DNA of 62,971 nucleotides, filler included, from Reticulomyxa filosa (lineage: Eukaryota; Protista; Foraminifera), in the NCBI GenBank assembly GCA_000512085.1. It is 24 parts of 24 records of this genome, joined end to end, with 100 filler letters (N's around TTAATTAATTAA, not from the genome) between each part and the next. Parts side by side here need not be neighbours in the genome. Positions count along the whole stretch, not along the records: positions 1 to 7,369 come from ASPP01027393.1; positions 7,470 to 9,150 come from ASPP01004438.1; positions 9,251 to 10,967 come from ASPP01006303.1; positions 11,068 to 13,198 come from ASPP01003329.1; 20 more parts are not named here. The stretch is one strand, 5' to 3'. Every line of letters starts with the position of its first letter. The stretch's first letter is position 1. Shown here piece by piece: positions 1-12,027 of this stretch. Position numbers and translations under genes: made by a program. The notes under the pieces are model-generated. The model did not search any database. It was not told where the DNA came from and saw nothing but the letters and a program-made list of their open reading frames with translations.

Positions 1-1842
1 TTCGTTCAAGAAGCTGACTTTGATTCCTAAAACTGGCAAAAAGAGAAAATATAGTTTTCACTTGTATTCATACTTTGGTTTTTTTAACTGTTTTTGATTA
101 ACCAACATCTCATTGGCCAATTAAAACCAACATTTTTTTGTTATCTTTTGAAAGAAATTAAGTAAATGTTACAGTTTTGCTGTTTCTAATCTCTTGAAGT
201 GGTTGGATATCGTTTGTAATTCTTGCATACATTTTTTTGACAAAACCGTCATAATATTTTTTTATATGTATATCACAAATTTGTCTGCAGAATCTCCATC
301 AAAGAGAAGCAACTTTATAGAATAGCAATACCGTTTGTCCTTCCATTCACCACTTTTTATAAAAAAAATCATTAATTAACTTTGTAACACTTTGGTGTAA
401 TTGCATAATAAATAAGCTAAGTGGATTCTTCACGCAAAATTTTAGCATTTTCTGAAACTTTTCACCAGTGTTTCTATTTTCATATAGTAATCTGACTTTC
501 TTACTTAAAACCTATGTACAGGTACGGAAATAGTTATTTTCTTCTGATAATGCTGCTATTTCGGATTCAATTAGCTAAACAACACCAAAAAAAGTGGTAT
601 ATTTACTATTAATCAATAAGAAATTGAACGATTGATTTTGTTCTGCTTGGGCATTGGACCAAGTTCATGAGTATTTTGTATTGGAGAATACAAATACTTC
701 TTCAAACACAATAAGGTATGTGAGTACGATCCAGACGATACTCTAAAGTCGAATATCTTCTCAGTGTGACAAACAAATTTGTAAGAATATTGTACTGACT
801 TTGAAAATTTTCATGAATACATTGTCATCATAACAAAATTGCTATGAAATGGAATCTTTTGAATAAAACAAAGTTGTAAAACTTTTTTTTTGTAAAAAAC
901 GAAATGAATTGCTTCTTGAGATACTGTTTCAAGTGTAATGCACCATGTTTTGATTTTATATTCTTCTATCTTGTACAAATTTTTGCTTTAAGTACTATAA
1001 GTTTTATTCTTTAAAAAATAATGTTATAAAAAGTGTGATGCATGTGATTCAATCCGGAGTATAAATAAAAATTCAAAGTTGAGTTCATTTCCTGAAAATA
1101 TCTCCAATTGTTGCCCAGGTCAAGGGCATTCGATTAATATATTTTTTATTTTTTTTCATTAGAATCACCATTGATCGCCCACATAAAAATATTAATCATA
1201 TATACCCTTTTCATTTTACATGATCGACACTTCTTTTTTTGAAATTTTTACAAAATAAAAAAATTGTTTGTGATAACACCTTTTGCATGATAGAACAATA
1301 ATACAATGAAGTTTTTTGTTTAATTTTTCCAATTAACACAACATCCGCTATGATTTGTTTAACTGCACTAAGTCACGAAATTAACCATATTCAAACTGAA
1401 TTCATCAAGGACAAACTAAGTAAAATGAAAGTCAAAAAATTAGATTTGCATGCCAACATATCATCTGGAATTTGTAGCGTTTTGTTTTTTTATTTGTGAT
1501 TGTATAATTATGAAGATATTTAGTTACTTACAAGTTATCATGTTTGATTTACGTCAAGTGATATATTTAGTCGATAATAAGTTTTTTCTCAATGTGAATC
1601 TAACAAAAAAATTTGTCTGCAGAACACAAACGATATCCAACCACTTCAAGAGATTAGAAACAGCAAAACTGTAACATTTACTTAATTTCTTTCAAAAGAT
1701 AACAAAAAAATGTTGGTTTTAATTGGCCAATGAGATGTTGGTTAATCAAAAACAGTTAAAAAAACCAAAGTATGAATACAAGTGAAAACTATATTTTCTC
1801 TTTTTGCCAGTTTTAGGAATCAAAGTCAGCTTCTTGAACGAA
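1..1842. repeat. Perfect 217-bp inverted repeat (1-217 / 1626-1842)
   Basis: Bases 1-217 are the reverse complement of 1626-1842 by direct comparison. Confidence 0.93.
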
Positions 1843-2667
1843 AACACAAATAACGTCGCAGTAAATCACTAAAATATTCATTTTTTATTTTATTGTCGAC
1901 TTGGCAACACTAGAGGTCGTTGCAGACGTGTTTTTTCACTATTGTGAAGTTTGTGCTTTATTTGGGATAATAAAAACGCTTCTTGAATGACGAGCATATC
2001 GTTGGAAATATGTCTATATCATCCACAAAATTAGTTTGAAAGCATGGATACGTTACTCCTTTTAGAAATTGATAGGAAGAATTTAGGATTTTTGCACGCA
2101 TCATTCTTATTTGAGGAGGTAGAAACTTAAAATAATGTATGTTCATACCTAAATATAAATTGTTTGTCATAAGGACATGACACAACAGTTTGATGCAATA
2201 TTAACATAAAACGCACAATCAGAAGTTCCACTTTTGTATTGCATTTCCTAATTTCAGAAATATATAAATGATGGTAACATTTAATCATTCTTTTGTTTTC
2301 AATAGACAAAGCCAAATCCTTTGTCTAAAAGTGTGTTTTCACTCCTTCAAAAGAGAGAAAATGTTAATGTTTGTAATGTTTCAAAGATAGTGTTTTGCAA
2401 TTGTGTACTTCCATTTTGTTAGTTGAAAACTGCCTCAGTCACATGGCAATGCGCAAACTTGATCATATTCTACTATCTTGAATATACTTTGTTACTTGAA
2501 TACCTTTTTTTCAAATTTTTGCTGCTTTATGCTTTTAAAAATACTTTATTATGCATTGTAAATTTGTAATGATTGTATGCAACTGATAACTTGACCAGTG
2601 TAGAAAAAACGTCGAAGTTGAACTTTGAAATTTGAGGATTCTAGCTTTTTCATTGTCACCAGGGAGA

Positions 2668-2955
2668 ATGGGCGCAACATCCACCTGTTTGAGCGCTCCA
2701 CCAACACCCAAAGAAAAAAAAATATCAAATGACACGCCTTCTTGTGAAACTCGTAAACTCAAGAACAGTGACAATAACGCCGTAGTTCTCAAACCAATAG
2801 TAAGAAAAGCTACACCTTTGCCGTCACGCTCAAAATTAGCTGGCAACACTGAAACCACAGACAACGACGATGAAGAATCATCAAACACACTCGCTGATGA
2901 TCAAATAGGGGCTGGATCGACTCTCAAATCTGAAAAAGCAGAATCAAATTGTTAA
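2668..2955 (+). CDS. Small hydrophilic hypothetical protein
   Basis: 95-aa ATG-started ORF with locally higher GC; no recognisable domain. Confidence 0.3.
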   Translation: MGATSTCLSAPPTPKEKKISNDTPSCETRKLKNSDNNAVVLKPIVRKATPLPSRSKLAGNTETTDNDDEESSNTLADDQIGAGSTLKSEKAESNC

Positions 2956-3383
2956 TAAATTCAGCATGCAACGTACAAGAAATGTGAACGTTTGTGATGA
3001 GATATTTGTTCACTTTCTTTCTTTTTGGAATTTTTTCCAGTTGTTTTTAATACTAACTCGTTATGGCTTTACTACAAACTACATTCTTATCAAAAGTTAT
3101 TTATTCCCAATCAAAAAGCTGTTTTTTTTATGATCCGTATGCGAAGCTTGTCTTGATCTGTGAGAAATGATGGAAAAAAGATCTCGCACATTCTTGTTAA
3201 TACATATTTTTCCAAAAAATTTTATTTTGGTGTCTGTTCAAAAGTAAAATTGGATTCTTCAAGCACAAAACACCCCTTAAAAAAAATTGCAGTAACACCA
3301 GGGGGGGACGCGTACTGGTCGTGCTTCTTTAAAAAAAAATTGATCAAAAACTAAAAATCTTAAAAAATTGTCCTTTGTTGGCA

Positions 3384-5144
3384 ATGTATGTTTCACATAA
3401 GATTGTCTTCGAAAGACCCAGGCTCATGATAAAGCTGTTTGTCTGCGTGGTGGCCACCACAACAGTAGCGGTACTAACGTTCAATATGGACGATCCATTA
3501 TCAACGTGGACTACCAGATGGTTATCAATATTTTTGTTTTGTTTGTGTACAAGCGCGTATCTATTTGTAGAGACTAAGCCACAGCCAAAAGAAGTACAGA
3601 CACCAGGCCAAACACAAGAAGAAATAGTGTCGGAGAGACCCCAAAAAATTGGAAATTTGATAGGGCAATTGTTGCATGAATTTTTGATAACTGTGTTGAA
3701 CGCCCATTGGCCAGCATTGGAAATTGACAAAAGCAAATTGGATGACGAGGGAGTCTGCATTTTGTGTTTTTTGCAACCAATGTATCTGTTATATTGGATT
3801 GTATTCTTATTGAATCATTGGGGGAAGCAAGAGAGTTGGATAAATCTGGAAATGCTGCGTTATTGTGAAAAAGCAGCGGCTCCATTACTTGGAGTTTACT
3901 TTGGTTATACGTACTTTTGGCACTTTGGAAAAAACGAACTTTCAATATTAGATATGCTTCAGATCCAAAAAACAATGACGCCTGGGTTTGAGGAAAATAA
4001 AGATCAATTGCTCACTCCAACTCGCAAATGGTTTGTTGCGGTGTTTATTATCAGTGTTGGAGTGACCAATGGATTGCGCGCAACTATGCATGGTTATCAG
4101 CTATTCAATGAAGTTCTGCTGGCATGGGCAAGAATGATGAGCTTTGCGTTCGGGGAAGAAGCTTATTCAATCCCTCGTTATGACACTGCGATCACGGTGA
4201 CACTTGGCGGCATTGTCGGATGCATTGTTGCATGGAAGTTGGGCATGTTACACAATGTCCCGTCTCAATTGTTGCGAGGCTTAACCACCTTCCTTGTTGT
4301 CAACAATTCTCATCGAGTTATTGTCATGGTTTTTACCTTACTGCTTTTCCACGAACTTGCCCAATTGAATTCATTTTTAGACGATAATATGACCAAATCA
4401 GACCGTTTTGAAAAAACAATGTTATTTTTTTTGTCCTTTTTTTTTTTTTTTACTGGCTCTGAATTCCTCTCATTTAAAAAACAAATCTCCTCCAAAAGTG
4501 AGCGCCACAGCCGTTTGGACCTACTGGAACTGTCTTCTCTGCGCTGTGAACACGTTCGCCGTAGGGTTTCTAGCATAATCAATTTTATTTTGGTGGATCA
4601 AGTATTTTGGCTATATTTTGATGGGTTGGCTGCTTACTGCAACTGGAGAGGAGTTCAGTTTAACGAGATTTCCATTTTGTGCAAGCATACTTTCCACTGG
4701 ATTAGTACTTTGGCTTTATTTTATTCTATGGCTCGGTTTAATCGTAAATGGCCCGCTTCTATTTCGTGGTCTTTAAAGCGTTTGCGTATCTTGATATGTA
4801 ATGGTGATTTAAGACAAACCACTAAAGGTGATGAGAGCTCTGAAAATAGTAAGACAACTCTAAAACTACTTGACCTCAGTCATATAGAAGACGACGAGTG
4901 TAAAGATTTATGTCAAAAGTGCCAATGTAAAAAACATCGATTGTTGACCGAAGTGGCAGCGTTGCTTTCTTTCTCCTCAGATCCCAATGAACAAAGGAAA
5001 TATCAATTCCAAGTATTTGGCTACCGGGTCTCTATGGCTTGGTTTACTGTAAACGCACTTATTGGTATTGTGCTTTCTTTGTCTTGGCTGAGAACTGGGA
5101 AAGGAGTTGAATCTTATTTTGTCAATCTCTTGTTGCAGTGCTAA
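3384..5144 (+). CDS. Intronless multi-pass membrane protein (possible gustatory-receptor-like/7TM ion channel C-terminus)
   Basis: About 586-aa uninterrupted ORF in AT-rich DNA with many hydrophobic segments. It ends FQVFGYRVSMAWFTVNALIGIVLSL. Confidence 0.8.
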   Translation: MYVSHKIVFERPRLMIKLFVCVVATTTVAVLTFNMDDPLSTWTTRWLSIFLFCLCTSAYLFVETKPQPKEVQTPGQTQEEIVSERPQKIGNLIGQLLHEFLITVLNAHWPALEIDKSKLDDEGVCILCFLQPMYLLYWIVFLLNHWGKQESWINLEMLRYCEKAAAPLLGVYFGYTYFWHFGKNELSILDMLQIQKTMTPGFEENKDQLLTPTRKWFVAVFIISVGVTNGLRATMHGYQLFNEVLLAWARMMSFAFGEEAYSIPRYDTAITVTLGGIVGCIVAWKLGMLHNVPSQLLRGLTTFLVVNNSHRVIVMVFTLLLFHELAQLNSFLDDNMTKSDRFEKTMLFFLSFFFFFTGSEFLSFKKQISSKSERHSRLDLLELSSLRCEHVRRRVSSIINFILVDQVFWLYFDGLAAYCNWRGVQFNEISILCKHTFHWISTLALFYSMARFNRKWPASISWSLKRLRILICNGDLRQTTKGDESSENSKTTLKLLDLSHIEDDECKDLCQKCQCKKHRLLTEVAALLSFSSDPNEQRKYQFQVFGYRVSMAWFTVNALIGIVLSLSWLRTGKGVESYFVNLLLQC

Positions 5145-5648
5145 ACAGTAATAGTAAGCGAAACTGATTTCCTTCATTAATTCAAAAAGTACACGTCTCC
5201 TTACTTTTTGTTATCAAGTAGTTATCGGTTTGTGATGCAGTGTGCACGATCGCAAGAAAACAAAATAAAAAATGAACAAATCTTTTTTTTAAACACTGGT
5301 GCAACGTGAAGACTAGCCCTTTCTAGTATTTAACTTTCAGTTATGTTTAAAATAACCAACAAAAGATTTAAAACATATGAACGTGCTGAAAAAATATTAT
5401 TGTGAAACACTTAATCATCACAAAAAATAATACGTGTACGATATTTTAAAAAAATTTCGGATTTCGACCTGTAAATAGTGTGTGAAAGGTACACGAAGGC
5501 TGGAATAAATTTTGACTTGGCTGATACCTACTAGCAAAAACATAAGAAAGGATTTGTCTTAATTAAGCCAAAAATTTGAGACAATAGATCATGCAGGAAT
5601 GATGAAAGAAAGCTTTTTTTGATAATAATAAACTGTATTTGTGTAATT

Positions 5649-7286
5649 TTAATCCTCTGACTCCATTTCATCTTCTAGTACAGCATCATCAATAGCCACA
5701 CTAAGATCAGTGCTGGTATCATTGTTTTTCATCATAACACCGCGAACGGTAGCTTTATATTCAAAATCAATATATTCCAAGTCGATATCGGCATTAATCA
5801 GTGTATCAGTAGTTTTACTCTCTGGCTTTTGAAGTGTTTCGATATTTGACCAGAAGCGATCAAATAAAGCTGGAAAGAATAACAAGATAATGAGAGGGAT
5901 CCAAATAAAACACATGAAAACATAAAAAGACAAGACTTCGAGAATGACTTGCCATCGATAATACTTGTCATTGGAGCCAAAGGGTCGAAAGCACACAGGA
6001 CATATGGAGCGACGAGATAAGAGCTTGGTCATTAATTCTTTGTCTGATTCATCTAACGTTTGATATTCTTGAAGCAATTCGAAATAATCTTTGATATTTC
6101 CTTTATGAGACCCAACGAAATGCCTGCAATATCTGCAAAACTCGGCTAATTTTCGGTCGAAAGGATTGTCATTGAAAGCAGGATATTCCAATCTCAGCAA
6201 TATTTTTTTGTACCACGGCAATCTCGTCATTTCCCCGGCACGAATGCTGGTTGGCGTTAGCAATCGCTCTTCATCATCATCATCATCATCAAAATTTTTA
6301 AAAAAAAAAGGAGTGAGGAGCGCAACAATGTGGCAATTGTTCAAAACAAAACAAAACAAAACAAACCAGGAGTATAGCCAAGAAAGCTTTCCCAAGCGAA
6401 ATGCTGTTGTTCAGCCAACTTTTCATCATTTTGCTCCCATTCATACTTGATTTCCGTTTCAAAAATATGTTGAGTATGAGAGACTCTACCTTTACCTTGA
6501 GTTTGTTTTGTTTTTTTTTTGCTTGGCACTTTTATTTTTATCTTTATTTCGCTTATTCTTGTCTTCATCTGTTCCTTCTCCTTCATCTCTTTCATCTCCC
6601 TCCTCTTCCTCTTCTCCTTCTTCCTCTCCTCCTTCTTCCTCTTCTTCCCCAGCATTTTCGTCTTCAGACAATAGCATACTGCCCCGCCGTTTCTTAGCGG
6701 CTTCTTGTTTTCGCAAGATCAAGTCCCGTTTCAAAGAGTATTGAATGGGAAATAGGAACTCTGCGTTCAAGACATATCGTCCACGACTTAGCAAACGAAT
6801 GGCATAATCAAAAAGCATTACAACCAGCATTGCGACCATGACGACCAAATTGAATGGCGGCGACATCATCGCGTGCTTCCTTGCAGTGTCGATGGTGTCT
6901 TGCACGCGACTAAAATTGGTTTCGATTTTCGCTCGCTCTTTGAAGGCCTCAAAGGTGCTTGCCAGCAATGCGATGAGCAGATTGAGAAGTATGATGGTGC
7001 CGACAGCATTATACAGCAGAATGATCCATTCGGCGACATTGGCACGTTCTTCGCCAAAGCAAGTGATCTGGCGTGTGCCGTTTTTACGAATGCTGATGCT
7101 GACCCAGTCTTGCAGCTGCAGTAAGGTTTGGATGATATATAGCATGACAGAAGAAAGATCGAGCAATTTCGTACGGTACTCGTTGTCGTTCGTGCAAATG
7201 CTCTCTTGGCTCAAGTCCACGGATATTATGTAATATAAAGCCAGCACGAATCCTGCAGTAAACAGTATCAATACCAGCATAAAATT
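5649..7286 (-). CDS. TRP-type cation channel, C-terminal part (S5-pore-S6, TRP helix, acidic linker, tail); 5' partial
   Basis: S6 motif LLNLLIALLASTFE and PPFNL motif. AG acceptor at 7287. Frameshift in the T-run near 6511-6520 into ORF 6341-6655, then a GT..AG intron into ORF 5649-6395. Confidence 0.78.
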
Positions 7287-7369
7287 CTATATACATACAT
7301 ACATAAAAAAAAAAAAAAAATATATATATATACTATTTTTGTTTCTTTCTTTTATTTTGGTATTGAGTC

Positions 7370-7469
7370 NNNNNNNNNNNNNNNNNNNNNNNNNNNNNNN
7401 NNNNNNNNNNNNNTTAATTAATTAANNNNNNNNNNNNNNNNNNNNNNNNNNNNNNNNNNNNNNNNNNNN
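7370..7469. other. Artificial contig-joining spacer (first of 23)
   Basis: 44 N + TTAATTAATTAA (stops in all six frames) + 44 N. Identical 100-bp spacers start at 7370, 9151, 10968, 13199, 14537, 15740, 18076, 19291, 24499, 25934, 27198, 28484, 33732, 35223, 37655, 42753, 44390, 45811, 49373, 51843, 53014, 55471, 57752. Confidence 0.98.
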
Positions 7470-8760
7470 AAGATGGAAGCAAGGCGGAAAAAGTGCTGTT
7501 TGACATATCATATAGCCAATGAATAGCTTGCGTGCAGAAAGGCAATCTCCAATGCAGTGATGATACGCATAATAAAGAACTGTTATGTAAAATTGAAAGG
7601 TTTTGCAAAGTATGATGACATTTAATGGTCGAGTGGTAAAAATGAGCGAATACGTACAAAAAAAGCGACGATGAAGGTAACAATAATGAAAAGAAAGAAA
7701 CACTTGGGAGTGAAGGAAGAAAACGTGACTCCATTGTTTAACTGGGAAATACCATCGGATTCTGCTCACAGACGATTGACCCGAATACCCTTTTGTCGGA
7801 GACCATGTTCGAACAAGAGACAGTGTGATTGGAATCGTTTGCTTCTTAGGAAAAAACCGATTTTCTCCAAAGATCAAATAATTGCCATTGGTATTGAGCT
7901 GGATGAATGGCAGCCCTATGCAAATAATTGCATTATGAAGAATGTCTTGCCCATTCACATTGACAAGATGGATACGAACCTTTGAGTGTGGGCTTCGCTG
8001 CTTGGGATTGGGCTCGTTGCAAAATTAAGCGAGTTCAAACTCATTGAAATTTATCAAAGGAGAGGATAGTGGTCGTTTTTGAGTTGCTCAATGTAAACAA
8101 GGGGGGGGGGAGGGGCCCATGAAGGAAAAGTCAATGTCGTGGGGGAGTTGCCGACGGTGGCAATGATATGATCGTTACAAGAAGCAAAAATATCAAAGTT
8201 GGCGATCGTGTTGAATTGGATTGGGATCGTAAAGGCGTTGTGAAATGGATTGATGTGGCTGATTTTAGTTGTGATAAAGAAATGTTGGAAATCGAACTCG
8301 GTGATTGGTGGACCAATGACTACGACCGGAAGAAATATTTCCAAGTTCGCGACAAAAAAAAGACTCTACTTATCTTGAATTATATCATATTTGTGTGTGT
8401 GTTTCAATACAGTGGTCAACGTGTGGATCGGAGAGTCAATAACGTCGAGATCGGACGAACAAGGCGCTTCAGTGTGAATCACTGACATAGCATAACTCAT
8501 CCATCCTTTAGCATTAAACGAGTTTGACCAAGACAACAACGCAACTCGAGCAAGTGGACAGAATCGGAAAAAAAAGCGACGATAAGTCTCTTGATTGGGC
8601 GAGACTGTACTTCACCAATGGCATGGTGGCCACGATCTGTTTCATGCACTTCGCAACAGACGAGCAGATGGGTGTGAAGGATGGGGTAAGCACGATGGCA
8701 TGTACAAAGGAATACGTTACTTTACGTGTCCACCAAAGTGAGGATTGTTTGTGAAAGAAG
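7470..8760 (+). pseudogene. Decayed CAP-Gly repeat-containing gene
   Basis: Fragments IAIGIELDEWQP, IKVGDRVELDWDRKGVVKWID..EIELGDW..KKYFQ and ARLYFTNGMVATICF lie in different frames with stops. Confidence 0.6.
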
Positions 8761-9318
8761 CAAAATGTCGCCACAACGATGATCCGAGTCTTTTCAATAT
8801 TCGAAACGACGATGTCCATAATGTGAAAGCGTCAGCATGGTGATTAATATTTGAGGAAATCGACATTGAAGATGCAATATCCGAACTGTTTCAAAAAAAA
8901 AAATCACCTTTGAGCAATTTCAAGAGGTCTGGAACGAATTTTCATCGGATATTACAAAGGCATGATTGAATTCAATGGAAGCTTCTGAACGAGTGTGATA
9001 ATATCAAGTGGAAGCCCGTGACGACGAAACGTAGTCCATGTTCTATTCTATTCATTAGTCAATTGTTTCGAGACATTGGACTGGTATTGTGTGAGCAAAT
9101 ATTTGGGTGCTGTTGCTGTATTCTAGCAACTTTGGTTTGGTGTGCTCGGCNNNNNNNNNNNNNNNNNNNNNNNNNNNNNNNNNNNNNNNNNNNNTTAATT
9201 AATTAANNNNNNNNNNNNNNNNNNNNNNNNNNNNNNNNNNNNNNNNNNNNTATATACGCATATATCTCAAATACACATTTTAAACTCTTTTTTTTTTTTT
9301 TCTTCTCCTCTTCTCTTC

Positions 9319-9693
9319 TCATACCTCGTTGGTACTGTCATACGTATCCGCCAGTGCTGCGAATTTGAGGTAGAAATACTTTCTCCAATTATCTCTTGCT
9401 TCGTTCATTACCATGTATGGCAACACATTGTTTTGAAAGATGTCCCACGGTACTCGTGACGCATACGAAAATCTTTGGCGGGCCAGCAGAGCGTACGTAA
9501 TTGTCTCGTTCAACAACAGATCCGTTATCACCGTTTGGTCTCGCTGCGGCATGTACTTCACCAAAAAGTTGTAACAGCTGTCATAAGGATCCAAGGGATC
9601 ACTCTCTGACGTCTCATTCTGCGACAAACACAAGCCCCTGATAATGAAGCTCTCCAAAATTAGAGTTATTGTCAAATATCTGAAAAGTCCCAT
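9319..9693 (-). CDS. Secreted transglutaminase-like domain protein, first exon (3' partial)
   Basis: Signal peptide; FLVKYMPQRD...YALLARQRFSYASRVPWDIFQNNVLPY...EARDNWR resembles the N-terminal region of bacterial transglutaminase-like proteins. Ends at a GAG|GTATGA donor. Confidence 0.65.
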   Translation of the reverse strand: MGLFRYLTITLILESFIIRGLCLSQNETSESDPLDPYDSCYNFLVKYMPQRDQTVITDLLLNETITYALLARQRFSYASRVPWDIFQNNVLPYMVMNEARDNWRKYFYLKFAALADTYDSTNEV

Positions 9694-10026
9694 TATGTTT
9701 GCAATTTTTATGTGACCAGGTGTCGAACCTTTAAAAGCGTTTGTACGAAGCAGTTTGCCAATCAGGGGTAAACAATACCTTAAGCAATAACAAATAAAAA
9801 TTTGAGATTGTTGGAATTTTTACAAGCGAAAAAAATCGGAATAAAATGTTGTTATAAATACACGCGAGATTAGTAACTGCAAAAAAAAACAGACGAAGAA
9901 ATTTCAAGCCAAGAGAAATTTAAAAAAGACTGTACTAGTCTTATTATTCCACATTGCTACAACGATACCTGTGAAACCTCAAAAACAAGAGAGAAAAAAA
10001 ACCCTAAAGGGTACTTAATCGTTGGT

Positions 10027-10552
10027 ATGAATTCTCCTTTGGATTTGGAGCAATCTTTACCATTTTCATCCACTCTCCCTCCAAATCTGCCCTTTCAAGA
10101 TAATTTTGCATTTCATGATGTGGACAACCCAGTTCCAGCAGGGCGCGTAATTTTCGTGGATCACGGTCGTCTTCCAGGTTTAAGACAGATGGTCACATTT
10201 TTTTTTTTTTTTTTTAAAAGGATGTATTTGTTTAGCAAAAGACAACAAAAGCAATGGTCAATGTGAAAAAAAATAATGTCCAGAAGACATTGATAACGTT
10301 GGTGCCAATGGCTCTGGATTGATGGCAAATGAATATCGAGGAGATGGTAATGCGCGAATGCACGGAAGAAACAAGCGACGTAGATATGTGAAGTCGTTTG
10401 ACATGATGAACATAGAAAGAGAGAAAGCAATAGTGTATGATTACTTTGGTGATATGGGGATGAGTTTGAATAATGGAGGCCATGGTTTGAGTATGAATAG
10501 CAATCACAACTATATCGACAATTACAACAACAATAATAACAATGGCAATAAC

Positions 10553-10617
<65 letters not shown>

Positions 10618-10922
10618 TAACAATAACGACGATATGAACGGGAACAACAATATGATGGATGGCAAACATGAACACAATGCAAGTTGTATTGATGATACGC
10701 GGTTGCGCAATGCATTTGGACGTAATGACAACCCGCTGCCGTCTCATGTCTATGACATGCCTGAAGTAACCCCAAACGCGCCCGATAACAATGACTACTA
10801 CCATTATGGCTACAGTCAGTATTACAGAAATAAGCATCAATGGAGAATGAAAAACAATCGACAAAGCCGTCCATTTTTTGCGTTTCACTCCGCTCCGTCT
10901 CATCACAGGTATATCAGACAAT

Positions 10923-10956
<34 letters not shown>

Positions 10957-10967
10957 AAAAAAAATAA
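10027..10967 (+). CDS. Asn-rich low-complexity protein, multi-exon, partial
   Basis: ORFs 10027-10266 and 10319-; (AAT)n tract at about 10550-10625 encodes poly-N; T-rich intron-like segments. Confidence 0.45.
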
Positions 10968-11605
10968 NNNNNNNNNNNNNNNNNNNNNNNNNNNNNNNNN
11001 NNNNNNNNNNNTTAATTAATTAANNNNNNNNNNNNNNNNNNNNNNNNNNNNNNNNNNNNNNNNNNNNTTTTTAACTATGCTTACTGTTAAAAATCGTTTA
11101 ACAAACAAATAATTAAACAACACCACAAAAAAAAAAAAAAGTGTTTTAGTTTTTTTTTTTAAAAACGGGTATATTGAATACATAACGTTGTACCTTCCCT
11201 TTTCCTTTCGGCATGAAAAGTGTATATTTGATTGCGATTAGCAAAAAGAATTTAAATATCTTCTTACTTTTCCTTTTTGTCATACTTTCCACTTTTTTTT
11301 TTGTTTTTAAAACAGCGTAAGTAACGGTTCTGCTTTATATGAGGAAGTGGCAGTCTTCATTCAATTGAAAAAGAGGAACCAGAAGGAAAAAAATATATAC
11401 GTCAATAACATAGAGAAAAAGAATAAACCACAGCATTTGCGCAAGGCTTTTTTTTAAATTCAAAATAACTAAAGAAAACCCTTACATAGGGTATTACAAA
11501 AAGGAGTAGGAAAAATTGTACAAAGAAATTATTAAAAATAGTGAAAGGAGAATAAATGATATTGCTGTTCTCTAAAATTGCTTCTCTTTGATGGAAATTC
11601 TGCCA

Positions 11606-12027
11606 TTGCATACATTTTTTGACAAAACCATAATAATATTTTTTTTATGTGCATATCACAAATTTGTCTGCAGAATCTACAAACGATACCCAACTACTTC
11701 AGGAGATAAGAAACAGCAAAACTTTCACATTTATTTCATTTCTTGCAAAAAATAACCCAAAAAATTTTGGTTTTAATTGGCCAATGAAATGTTGGTTCGT
11801 CAAAAACAATTCAAAAAACCAAAGTACAAATATAAGTGAAAACATATATTTTCTTTTTGCCAGTTTTGGGAAGCAAAGTCAGTTTCTTGAACGAAGATAC
11901 AGACAACTTACGCAGTAAATCTCTAAAATATTTGATTTTATGTTTTATTGTCGACTTGGCAACACTAGAAGTCGTTGCAGACGTGTTTTTTCACTATTGT
12001 GAAGTTTGTGCTTTATTTGGGACAATA
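11606..12027 (+). repeat. Diverged copy of the dispersed repeat found at 224-295 + 1609-1970
   Basis: Shared blocks: tatcacaaatttgtctgcagaatct, ttttaattggccaatga, gtcgacttggcaacactaga, cactattgtgaagtttgtgctttatttggga. Confidence 0.88.

Noticed and set aside
6270-6370. Possible non-canonical GT-AA intron in the TRP gene
   Set aside because: A canonical in-frame AG (GAAG|AGCGA) lies just after the Asp codons.
7414-7425. Regularly recurring TTAATTAATTAA as a CRISPR-like or biological repeat
   Set aside because: It is always centred in exactly 88 N, so it is an artificial six-frame-stop linker. ORFs containing X or ending LIN are artefacts.
8760-9150. Possible G-alpha remnant after the CAP-Gly repeats
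   Set aside because: No clear G-box motifs are readable; too degenerate to support.
10161-10921. Poly-Tyr/Ile/Leu ORFs (also near 13561, 14258, 38314, 45859)
   Set aside because: They are alternative frames of (AAT)n and similar microsatellites.
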